NCBI GenBank assembly: GCA_032718475.1
Contig: JAUCBJ010007134.1
Location: 4,242-68,241 of the forward strand
Direction: 5' to 3'
Length of the DNA stretch: 64,000 nucleotides
From: Nemertoderma westbladi
Lineage: Eukaryota; Animalia; Xenacoelomorpha
Made by a program: the position numbers and the translations under genes. How positions within the stretch are numbered: position 1 is the stretch's first letter; each line of letters starts with the position of its first letter. Below are positions 50,081-62,093 of this stretch, piece by piece. The notes beneath the pieces were generated by a model. The model was not told where the DNA came from. It worked only from the letters and a program-made list of their open reading frames with translations, and made no database searches.

Positions 50081-52513
50081 TTGATAGAAGATGATCTTGG
50101 TATCAGGGAGCGATATACCCTACCACTGCAAGCGTTTGTTGATAGTTTGATAAGCGGTGACGCAAGTCAACACACGACGGAAGACGATGGCCGTTATATC
50201 GAACCGCCAATGTCAAAGGAACAGCTCAAGCGAGAATTGGACTATAGAAAATTCACCGCTTGCTATACGCATCATAATGGTACGTATATGGACTTCTTAA
50301 CTACTGGTCATCCTATCGATTTACACGACACGGACGATGTAGACACTGAAAGGGAAATGATTCTATTTAAATATCATGCCCTGCGGAGTCGGAATGATAA
50401 ACTGAGAATTGAACATGAAAATTCTATTCGAAACCGACTTGTAAGAGAAGATGTTGAAGAACCGGATAAACGTAATGACTTCAACGAATATTTAGAATTA
50501 TTGAGAGAAACTTATCTCAATGTAGCTAGTCAACAAAATCTAGAAACTCGATATCCTTAAGGTATACATCATAACCCTATGATAGAACTCAAATGACTCT
50601 ATTTTACTATGATGTATCTTACCGATGATCGACCGCTACCTGTTGTACTGGATAGCTTCGAACAGATGGAGGAATATTGTAAAACTGGAGAAAGATCACC
50701 GGCGTTTCCCTTACAAGACATGCGTCTTTGGTATTACTGCGATGAATGCCCTAGACCCAATCAACACACGGAAAGACATAAAAATCCGCGGAGATATTGC
50801 GCTAAACACAGTTTTACTCGCTATTCTTACGGGAGTTTTGAGCGAAACTTGTTCGACGTATCACCTACGCTCGCTCGACTCAAACGATCCTTAAATAAAC
50901 CTATGATCAGAGTTCCGGAATACTCGGTCAGACCTCCTCATTCCCTGGTGCGACCTAAGACTCTTGATCCTAATAGTATGACGGATCCTCCTGAGTTGTA
51001 CTCATTGTTCAAAGATCTAGTGTTACCCGATCAATTAGTCGGTGGCACTCCGGTTGTGGGCTCTCTAGGTATTCGCCCATCCTACCTATCCGGATTGGGA
51101 CGCGGACATCTAATATCTCCGTTCAACCCGTATAATCGTCCCGGTTTAACTCCGATACCACCTGTCACCGAGGTGGAGGAAAGCGTTGTACGAAATGCGC
51201 TAGACGCTATTCGGCAAAAGATAGGATAGGGAACCTACGATTGTTTAGACAAACGTAAATTGCAACAACAAGTCCAAGCGGTAAAGGAATTAGCTTTACC
51301 CCAGTTCGATCGTGAAATCCAGAATCTTGAGGAAGATATTGAACTTGGACGAACTTACTCTCTACAAGAGTTCTTGGACGAACGCTTTCAAAGACAAGCT
51401 GAGGAAAATCAGCTCGAGGAGAAGCATATTGAAATGGATGAGAGAGAAGAAGCAGCTTTAGCCCAACCGGAAGCTCAAATCCTTATTCTCCTTATCCTAA
51501 ATCTCTATTCCAAAACCATCATTCATCCTTCGATGGTTCCCCATTTCGGAGATAAACACTTCGCCAAAGCACAACCCCAACCCAACCAGTTGGGATATCA
51601 ACTTAAGATCTAGAGATCTTATCGCTGACTCTCCTATGTTACAACGACCGCCAATCGAGGCTGCTCGTGTCGACGGTATACTCGTTGAACCTCCGGACAA
51701 TCGAGCGGATCTTGTCTGTCGTATGGTACACGAGGTCAACCTATGCGCTAGACCTTTACCGAACTCATTTTACAGGATCAAAGATCACCCCTATTATGTT
51801 CATTTAACTCAATATTATATGGTGAAACCGGAAGATCCTACACATAGTTTAAAGTTTCTACCATTAATAAATCCCCTCCATTTGGTTGAACTCAAACAAC
51901 TACAAAAACATTTAGATCAATTGGTTAAAGTAAACTCATTCAGAAAACCTTATAATGTTTCAAGAATAGAAAGGGACGTAATACCTCCATATAATCTCGA
52001 TGGATTTATTAGAACTCGATTAGTCCATTGGAATTTATATGTATTGTTCAAGGAATAAATAATACGGCGACTTGTTCATAAACTCGCATCCTGAGTTACA
52101 AGAAGTTCATAGACGACCATATGAATATAAGGCCAGAGAACGCGAATTAGAGAGAACAATCAAACCGAGGAAATTTCTCACTACATAGGGTCAACCTACT
52201 GCTGTCTTGCAAATGACCCATCAAGGACCAGTAAGAGCTGCTGTCCTGAAATGCGCTCTAAAGGTTGTTCGCCCTCATTCCACCGATGTTGATATCGATC
52301 AACCGGGTTCCTCGACCGGTGGATACACTGACCGTAATCCAAAACCTTCTGATGCAATCGTATTGCACCCTTCCCCCAGGTGTTATAGCCCTCCTAGTAA
52401 AGTGGCTCGCCCCAAAGAGAAAAAGACTCTTACTAGTCTCAAAAAACTTCGTAAACGCCATTCACGAAAGAAGGACTGATAGTTTAGAAACTGTGATTTT
52501 TTATATTTTATAG
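50081..52513 (+). pseudogene. decayed long accessory ORF immediately upstream of the 3' LTR, function unknown
   Basis: ORFs starting 50081, 50609 and 51260 share one frame and are separated by short stop-containing gaps. Further pieces start at 51636 and 52207. Contains CDECPRP..H..RYCAKH. Confidence 0.55.
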
Positions 52514-52539
52514 ACTTAAATCCCATTTTCTGGGAGCGG

Positions 52540-53659
52540 TGTAAAAGCTTTTGTGGACATAACAAGTCATTTTTACGCAATGCGCAGAATACTCTAAAAT
52601 AGCCCTAAAATTGTTCAACTATGCGTCGGACAGAAATTAGAACCAAGATGACGAAATCTGTCAGCCGATTCTTTGTGTACATGGAGATCCCTTTGTTTAA
52701 GCTTATTCGGCCAATCAGAGCAATCTTCCCAGTTATGCCAGTAGAGACCTACCTAAGGAAACTAGCGCATGCGCAGTTATCGTTTTTCAGAGAATTAGAT
52801 TCCTCTCAGAATTCTGTACTAAGTACGGACGTTTCAGACTTTGGCCCAAGAACATCTGATGGCTGGAGTTATAAGGACGTAAATCTATTAACCTGTTTCG
52901 GGACCCTGTCCTGTTGCATACAAATCTAATCATACTGAACTTCATGAACACATACTGACTGTTCACCGCACTGTTTTAATGCTGTTTTATATTGTGTTAA
53001 TTGCTGTTTATATTAATGGATGTTATATTTGGAGAATACCGATAAATAATCATAAACCCCTCAATCTTCTTGATTACTGAGGTAAGCGGAGGAAGGGTCT
53101 ACCGGTAGCAACTGTGACTCAAATTATAGTGGTTTTGTGTGAATTAAATGCTATTTCATAATCCCTACGTGTGTCAGTTGCAATCCTCCTTATATATGAT
53201 CAAAATCAGTGACGGTCGGCAAATTAGTTAGTGTGAATTAGTGTAAATTAGTGTGAAGTAGTGTGAAGTCGTATGAAGGTTAATAAAGCATCTCCTAAAG
53301 AATGCGCTATTTACGAGATTCCATAGCCATCTAGTTGTGATTAGTGTAAGTCATAACTCTGTTTCATACTTAAAGCGCCACGTCCCAAAGGAACTGTTAA
53401 TATTTCCCTGAAAGTAAATATAGTTGTCAGAGATTCTATAGTAGCGATCAATCGAATAATACAAAGTAGCCTACACCGCAATAACTTCCTCTGGAACCCG
53501 AATCCAGTCTCCCACACCGTGGGTCATATGCCACGCACGGACTGGCTTCGCGGATGTAAATTCAGTACACCAGGTAATTGGTACGGGCAAAGTCGATTCA
53601 TAATAAAAGGACATTTAAAATTGGCAGGTTAAACTGCTAAAGGTCTAAAAGCGCGAACA
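52540..53659 (+). repeat. 3' LTR, 1120 bp
   Basis: TG...CA termini; near-identical to 42460-43251 over its first ~800 bp. Confidence 0.9.
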
Positions 53660-53894
53660 AAGTGGACTGTATATAGGAAGGGAAATTGAAATGAAAACAA
53701 GTAGAAATTGATGTGAACTGCCGGAACTATGTTATTCTTTAATCAGAATCAGTTATACAGAGTTGAGATGTTACAGAAATGGCAGAAATACTATTTACAG
53801 ATAAAAATGCCACTAAAAATATAAAAACTTTTACTATTGTAAAAGTCAGGGGCTTCTTCCGCAAGCAGAAGGTGAAGGTGCAAGAAGGCAAAAC

Positions 53895-53980
53895 AGCGCC
53901 TTTTATAGCCAGACATGATGCAAATCGGGATCGGAACGTCTGAATGCTGATTGGCAGTAGCTCGTCCCTGATTGGTCGGA
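53895..53980 (-). promoter_or_regulatory. CCAAT-CCAAT-octamer-TATA promoter-like cassette, possibly the U3 of a solo LTR
   Basis: Minus-strand order: CCAAT (53971-75), CCAAT (53950-54), ATTTGCAT (53918-25), TATAAAA (53901-07). An LTR-end-like TGTAACA lies at 53769-75. Confidence 0.4.
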
Positions 53981-56900
53981 GCTAATGGTTGTCCAAACAA
54001 TTATTCTTCGATCCTAATGCACCTATGTGCTGGCGAGGGCTGAGGTCGATGACATGGTCATGTGACATAAACACGTATCAGTGTTTGGTAAACCAAACGT
54101 GACCCCTCTGGACAACCTACTCGGTTCGATCTAAAAAGCAAAAGTAGATAGAACGTATCGGCGGTGAGAAACCAAACGTGACACCACAGGACAAACTACA
54201 AGTTTGGATCCCATTTACAAATGAATGTCTGTGTGAGAGACGCAAACGTGATCCCACTGAACAAACCTACACGAGATTATTCACATATCTACTACAAAAT
54301 AAGCCTTATGTTGTACGGTAGTGGATAGAGATACCTGCCAAGGAAAGTATCTTTATATTGTTTGTTTGAGAGAACCCTCACTCATGTGACATATTTTGTT
54401 AAGTTAAGTTAATTAATTAATTAATGTTTGAAATGGTAAAGAAGTTTATATACTAGAAAGCCGTGGCCGAAGCCACGAGCTTTCTATCACTATGGCAACT
54501 ATAAAACTCTCAGCAACTTGTATTTAATAGCCTGAAGGCCTATGAGGTTATACAAGTAACTTGGGGATGCAATATGAATATGCTATTGCATAATAATAAC
54601 TTGTGCCTGTGCCTTGGTACATATCATATACATTACGTACTTCATGCCTCAGTGGTGCACCCCGTAGAGACCATTGAGTAACATTGTTAACCTTAATCTC
54701 ATTCCCAATATCTCCTACTGGCAGAGGATTACAGTACAGATGCGTAATCAATAGTAATGATTCTGCGTTTACATCCAAGCTCGCTCAACCAACGACAAAC
54801 TATATTTCATAGTTCATATTGTAAGACACAGAATATTGCATTGCATTAGACTAATACGACACTAGATTATGTGGTACACATTACACAGTATATAATAAAT
54901 GTTAATTCATAACGGGAAAACTACTACTTATTAACTATTTATTTCGACTAAAACAAGTTTTCCCGTTCAGCGATTTTCCAGCTGAGGCTGACCTACGTCG
55001 TGCGAGTGAGTGGCAGCATTCGAGGTAAAATAATACATCAAGGGGTCATAATAATAATTGTTGGAAAAACATTTATATAATTCAAACCGCCTTTCTATTC
55101 TATTCCTGTTTTAAGGTGAAGTTTAAGGATTCAAGATTAGGCCTATCCTTTATGTTATGGTTGGATATAAATAGTCGCAAAGAAATACATGTAAAACTTC
55201 CTTTTGCCCAATTTTTTACATGATTTTGATATATAAAACTAAATGCTATACATGAAAAACAAATCATAGCTTTATTTTATTACGACCCATTGATGTTTAA
55301 TTGACATAGATATATATAGTAATTATCACTAATTACTATTACTTACTTTTTAAAAATTAATACTGATGTGTTTCAGATTTATTATTAACTTATTTATTAA
55401 CTTATTTATTAACTTATTATTTGTATTAACTCATTTATTAATTTATTATTATTATTAACTTATTTTATTCCAAAATTGTAACAATACTCAACGCCGTTAG
55501 TATTAACAGCGAGTTGTTATTTAGCACTTTACAACTTTAGAGAAAATTACACAGTATTGTATTAGCCTGTACATTTAGTACTGATTGGTGTAATATTATG
55601 TTGTAATGTCCCATTGGCGTGACTTTACATCACGCAGTCATGGTTACTGTTCGCGCTTTTAAAAGACTTCGATAATTTTCACCGTCAAATTTTATTATCA
55701 CAGAAATCTTTCTTCAGTTTGCCAAACGGGATAACATCAGATATAAATCAGTTAGCGCGGCGTATGACCCAACTTTAATGGGAGCCGGAAATATATCGGC
55801 TTACTAAATTGGGTTGGTTATGTATCATTCGATTGATTCTCGCATTATAATTCCATACAATTATGTTCACCCAAGGGATAGTATTAACATTTCCATTTTA
55901 GGTGTTGTGTTCTAGATAACAAACAGGTCTATGAATTAAAGTAATTACAACAGATTTTTAATAAGAATTAGTGTTCACTCCCTTTAGAGGCATGGTATTT
56001 ATGAACCGGCTGAAATACACTCTGAACACTAACTTGAGGCAATTTGTTCATGAATAAGGAGTAGACAGGCTCACACACGCTGATAACAATGTTATCATAG
56101 AGCCTACACTAAGCTTACCTCGTTAAATATGAATATAAACAAGTTGGAAGTTATGCGGTAAATGTTGCAGAATCTCCATATACCAAATATACAATAATTA
56201 TCCATCAAATACAACAATTAACAGTTACAGCAGTAAATCAGTGCAATTCAGTTATTTCAGCACAATGGCACCATCAGTAATATGGTGATAAACTTTAAGC
56301 CAGATGCTATCGGCAAACATCCTTCTGCTATTAGCAAAGCAGAATACACTGAACAAAGAAAGGTCGCAATGCGGCATAAAACTAGCAATCGAATGTAACA
56401 GAATTCTTTATAACCCTGAATCATGTCTATACACCTAGCAACTTCCAATCAGAAGCTGGAGCTACAAATTTGTTTACTAGAGTTCAATTGTGTGAAGAAA
56501 ACAAAAAGGTCTCTTATTGGCCGCATTCCAACCACTGATGAGGAGGTAAGGAAATGCATAGAAATGAATACCAAAAATGAAAACGTCAGGTGGTGTGGCT
56601 TTAATAAATCTTACTTAGATATTTAATCAGTTCTATGAAGCTTATCTAAATATTCAATCAGTTCTATGTCTTTTGAGTAGAACAGCGCATTGCTAATAAA
56701 ATGTTCGTTTAAGTCGCGAAAGCTTTAACGGTTACCACATAAACAATAGTTGGTATTTACTATTAAATGCCTGACAGCCAGATAGGCCCACTGCATTACC
56801 TACCGGTAGCTATTAATAACCAGTGGCTATAAACTATTAACATGGCTCCAAATGCCACCATAAAAATAAGCTAACTTATTTATAACATAATTTATGTCAT

Positions 56901-57523
56901 TTTTACATTTATTTATACAGCAACTAATTTAATTTGTGCAGTTTCTATCACTTGTAATATATATACAATAATTTCGTAATGTTGCAATTTTGGAATAAAA
57001 CTACATACATATTTGTTGCAAAGTACTTTAGTGTTCTGATCCTCGTGGCTTTATTTTCACTCACTCACTATACGTTCGTTCGTGTAGCAAAGCACTCGGA
57101 TCATCACACTGTAAAATGCTACTTTATGCACTGTAAATCGTTATATTAACTTATTATTATTATTAACTTCTTATTTTGTATTAACTTATTTACAGTATTA
57201 ACTTATTATTTGAATTAACTTATTATTATTAACTTCTTTATTAACATATTATTATTAATAACTTATTATTAACTTAATATTATTATTATCTTATTTATTA
57301 ACTTGTTATTATTATTATTAACTTAGTATTACTATTAACTTCTTTATTAACATAATATTATTATTATCTTATTTTATTAACTTGTTATTAATATTAACTT
57401 ATTTATTGCGCTATATTTATATTAATTTATTTATTTGAATCGTGTAATATAACATTTAAATAATCCATACAAATGATAATTGTTATGAATTATTATTATT
57501 AATTATACTGTATATAAATGTAC

Positions 57524-57704
57524 AGTCGGCCGTAGCCGGAGGCGACCCAAAGGCTCCTCTTTCGATGGCTGCTACCCGAAGGTAGGAGAGGGCGCTTCTC
57601 CTATCCCAAGTTTTCCTCCCAGTTCGCCTACAGTAATTTAACATCTCGAACCTACAACCAACAGATTGAAGGCCTATCGCGGAACCAACTGAGCTTACCC
57701 CGCC
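57524..57704 (-). mobile_element. tRNA-derived SINE with LINE-like tail
   Basis: Minus-strand head GGCGGGGTAAGCTCAGTTGG...GGTTCGAG (A and B boxes). The GC-rich tail resembles invertebrate SINE tails as I recall them. Confidence 0.6.
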
Positions 57705-58049
57705 TTATATTGTTTAATATATTGTATAGGGCTACTGCATGATGTACTGTATATATAAATTAGTTAAACAGTATATTATCAACATCGATTTGGGGTAAAA
57801 CGTAACATGGATATCGAGTTTGCAAAAATGCTATTGATTGTTGTGGGGCGAGTCAGCGAACTGTTATAATTATACTATGGCCGTTTTCTACAAGTCTGTG
57901 TGTGTGTCAGTGTGTCGGTAGCCATTATTGTCGGAAGCCAATATATAACTAACCATAGAATAATTGTAATAATTTGTTCGCTAAGATGGCTTGCAGCGTT
58001 TGCTGCACGAAGGCCCCATACTACATCTTAGTTACATATAAATTTAAGG

Positions 58050-58430
58050 ATGTGTCAGCTGTTATTTCTTTGTATGGAGGCACACACAATGATTACTTTT
58101 AAGTCAGCTCGCCCTAACTTGTTCCCAGATTCCGATTGGTTCGTAGAAAACCCAGATGAAAATCGAACAAATTGTTACACATGCACGTTGATATTCCTGC
58201 AATTACCAGGATTAAAGCATATAAACAACGAAGTTGTGAAAGTTTTGTTGTACACCAGGTCAGAAAGATGCTGGGGACGTCTCTGCAGGGATATTGTCAA
58301 CGAAGACGAATGCAAGAAAGTGTTTAAGGATAACTTTATCGATGATGGAGCATTTGCAGGTGCTGACCTGATACATCCAAGTTGCCAGTTGGTTTGCTGC
58401 AACGGAATATAAATCTGCAACAAAGTGAGA
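58050..58430 (+). pseudogene. Ly6/uPAR-like pseudogene fragment
   Basis: CYTC...CWGRLC...C...CQLVCCNGI*ICN: the LU-domain terminal CC..CN motif is split by an in-frame TAA and truncated by the adjacent satellite. Confidence 0.5.
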
Positions 58431-58510
58431 CAGGGTGTGGGAATAGCGTTAGGACAGTAGCCCCCCGGGACAGTAGCCCCCCAAACAGTAGCCCCCCCCC
58501 CCCCCCGGAC

Positions 58511-60213
58511 GAGTATTCACAATAGTAGGAACACTAGTAGGAACACATCTTGAATTGACGCTTGGTTGGTCGTTGAAATCATGTAAGGAATGGAGAGAGG
58601 GGGTTGAACTAGTGTAAGGAGTTTATACTCAGTAGGTAGGTAGAAAGTGTTCCAAACGCTGTAAGGAATGGAGAAATTGGGTGAAATCATGTAAGGATTA
58701 TCTGCCTATTAAACGGTTCATTGTGAGGTGACAGTAAACATATATACGAATAACAATATACAGTACATATATCTGTATATTCAGAGTGGAAACGTTGTAT
58801 AAGGAATCGTTTTACAGAGCATTCTCCTAGATTTTTCTGATGGAAAAGATTGTAATACTGTAATAGAGTAGCTTTATTGATAGTATTTACTATTGAAATT
58901 TATTCATTTGATGTTCATATTTAAAAGCATTTCACAATTTGTAAACATAAATATTCCAATGAAATAAACTCTTAATTTATCAAATGATGTTTAGTATTTG
59001 TTCGATTTGCATTTATGTTTATCGACAGGTTTCTGCGGCGTTTTTAGCGCGTTAAGACATATCAAGTACCATGAGGTCGGCCATCAGGCATCTGTTTACT
59101 TCCTGTTGTAAGAGCTACTCGTTGGCGCGCTAGTGCAGTTGGCTGCACACGAATAGCAAATAGACTATTCCTAAGCAAACCTACAGTGTAACACTTGAAC
59201 TCTGCGTAAAAAGGAATGTATCCCTAGACCCTAGTAGTCAATGTTCCAATTGTTTCAGCGCTAGAAAACCAGGCGCGCGTAAGCGCACCTGGATGCCAAA
59301 TAACAATATAATAATATGTTCACAATAAATTATTAAAAAGGCAATTTTTCAAGCGCTCAACTGCACATGTACGCTACTGTATAACTAAAAAGTCATTCAG
59401 GATGCCAGATTTTTCAGGAATTTACTGTAATAGACATTCAATTTCATTGAATCCAGGGCAAGAGTTTGTGTTGTATTCTGTGAAAGGAGCTATCAGCTGG
59501 GTATAATGTTATTTGCGAGAGAGATCCCAGTCTATAACTTGGCAATCACTCAAATCCATTCAGCCGAATGCAACAGTAGAGAATTGATTCTGGGTTACAA
59601 CTAATAAGCAATCAATGACAAATTCTCGTTGATTTGCACACCGACGTCTAATAATTGGCTGAAGTGTGTTCGAGAGCAATGGATATTGAGCTCAACATGT
59701 TAAGATCTTACATATTCTTAATTATCTCGAGAATTAATTAATTAATTAACGTGTAGCTTTCCTATTCCATGGCCGATACACATATAAACCACCACACAAA
59801 GTCTCGTAACGATTCACCAGAGCGTTTAGGCGGAGATAGAGCTACGACAAACATACAACATTGACAATCTATTTGTATTATAGATACTAGAGCAACCCTG
59901 TATAAACCATAACAACAATGCTATTATAGGCCTACTGACTAGTGCTAATGTCACCTGCTGCTTGCATACTCTTCTAATACTGTTGGTATAATAACCCTTA
60001 CAAGATTTCACCCATTTTCTCCATTCCTTACAGCGTTTTGAACACTTTGTCTCTACCTGCCATCTACAGTAAGTGAAACAAAACCCTTACACTAGTTCGC
60101 CCCTATCGCCATTCCTTACATGATTTCAACGTCCAATCAAATAATAGTTTATTAACCAATCCCAAGCACCAATTCGTGATGTGTTCCTACTGGTGTAAGG
60201 ATTGCGAATACGC
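58511..60213. mobile_element. non-autonomous Mutator-like (MULE) element
   Basis: ~190-bp imperfect TIRs (GAGTATTCACAAT..GTAGGAACACATC..TGTAAGGAATGG versus the reverse complement ending GAATACGC), flanked by 9-bp CCCCCGGAC on both sides. Confidence 0.65.
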
Positions 60214-61814
60214 CCCCCGGACAGTAGCCCCCCGGGATAGTAGCCCCCCAAACAGTAGTCCCCCGGGACAGTAGCCCCAAAACAGTAGCCCCCAAAAAGT
60301 AGCCCCCCGGGACAGTAGCCCCCCAAACAGTAGCCCCCCGGACAGTAGCCCCCCAAACAGTAGCTCCCCGGAAAGTAGCCCCCCAAAAAGTACCCCCCCC
60401 CCGGGACAGTAACCCCTCGGACAGTAGCCCCCCAAACAGTAGCCCCCCGGACAGTAGCCCCCTAAACAGTAGCCCCCCCAAACAGTAGCCCCCCCAAACA
60501 GTAGCCCCCCAGACAGTAGTACCCCAAACAGTGGACCCCGGCGAGTAGCCCCCCAGACAGTAGTACCCCAAACAGCAGCCCCACGGACAGTAGCCACCCG
60601 AACAGTAGCCCCTCAAACAGTAGCCCCTCAAACAGTAGCCCCCCAGAGAGTAGCCCCCCAGACAGTAGTACCCCAAACAGTAGCCCTAGGACAGTAGCCC
60701 CCCGGACAGTAGCACCCCAGACACTAGTACCCCAAACAGTAGCCCCCAAACAGTAGCCCCCCGGACAGAAGCCCACCAAACAGTAGCCCCACAAACAGTA
60801 GCCTCCCGGACAGTAGCCCCCCAAACAGTAGTACCCCAAACAGTAGCCAGCCAGACAGTAGACCCCCAGACAGTAGTACCTCGCAAACAAAAGCCCCCCA
60901 GACAGTTGCCCCCCGGTCAGTAGCCCCCCAAATAGTAGCCCCCCGGACAGTAGCCCCCCAGGCAGTAGTACCCCAAACAGTAGCCCCCCGGACAGTAGCC
61001 CCCCAAACAGTAGCCCCCTAAACAGTAGCCCCCCAAACAGTAGCCCCCAGACAGTAGCCCCCCGGACAGTAGCCCCCCAAACAGTAGGCCCCCAAACAGT
61101 AGCCCCCAGACAGTAGTCCCCCAGACAGTAGCCACCCAGACAGTATCCCCCCAGACAGTAGCCCCCTGGACAGTAGCCCCCAAGACAGTAGTACCCCAAA
61201 CAGTAGCCCCCCGGACAGTAGCCCCCCAAACAGTAGCCCCCCAAACAGTTGCCCCCCAGACAGTAGCCCCCCAGACAGTAGTACCCCAAACAGTAGCCCC
61301 CCGGACAGTAGCCCCCCAAACAGAAGCCCCCCAAACAGAAGCCCCCCAAACAGTAGCCCCCCAGACAGTAGCCACCCAGACAGAGTACCCCAAACAGTAG
61401 CCCCTCGGACAGTAGCCCCCCAAACAGTAGCCCCCCAAACAGTAGCACCCCAGACAGTAGCCCTCCAGACAGTAGCCCCCCAGACAGTAGCCCCCCGGAC
61501 AGTAGCCCCCCAGACAGTAGTACCACAAACAGTAGCCCCCGGACAGTAGCCCCCCAAACAGTAGCCCCCCAAACAGTAGCCACCCAGACAGTAGCCCCCC
61601 TAACAGTAGTACCCCAAACAGTAGCCCACCGGACAGTAGCCCCCCAAACAGTAGCCCCCCAAACAGTAGCCCCCAGACTGTAGCCCCCCAGACAGTAGCC
61701 CCCCAAACAGTAGCCCCCCAAACAGTGGCCCCCCAGACAGTAGTACCCCAGACAGTAGCCCCCCAGACAGTAGCCCCCCAGACAGTAGCCCCCTGGACAG
61801 TAGCCCCCCAGACA

Positions 61815-62093
61815 GAATCGCCTCCGCTTTGCAGGACATTGCTTTCGCCGTGAGGACCAGCCAGTGCATAATCTTGTACTTTGGCAGCCTCATGGAGTGA
61901 ATAAGCATGATGGACAGCCCATGACTTTCTTGAGACGCATCTTAAAGGACACTGGCCTTGAAGATGCGGATGATCTAGCAAATCTCATGGGTGATAGGGA
62001 GTTGTGGCTGTGCAATTTTGTCGATAAGCCGGCACAGCATTCTTCAAAATGCAACTGCAATGCAGCATGCCGATCCTAGTAGTAGTAGTAGTA
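61815..62093 (+). mobile_element. 5'-truncated RTE LINE 3' end with (TAG)n tail
   Basis: Encodes RLRFAGHCFRREDQPVHNLVLWQP...KDTGL...MGDRELW and ends in TAGTAGTAGTAG. Same family as 13972-14301. Confidence 0.85.

Larger units (their letters stand above)
42460..53659 (+). mobile_element. 11.2-kb rearranged, RT-less LTR retrotransposon (Bel/Pao-like gag) with nested fragments
   Basis: Starts TGT (42460) and ends ACA (53659). 5-bp TSD AAGTG at 42455-42459 and 53660-53664. Purine-rich TGGGAGCGG precedes the 3' LTR. The LTR copies are highly similar. Confidence 0.88.

Noticed and set aside
56257-56448. Hydrophobic 63-aa ORF
   Set aside because: No recognisable motif or clear exon boundaries.
55370-57420. 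TTATTAAC-rich tracts at 55370-55470 and 57140-57420
   Set aside because: Ordinary AT-rich low-complexity sequence.
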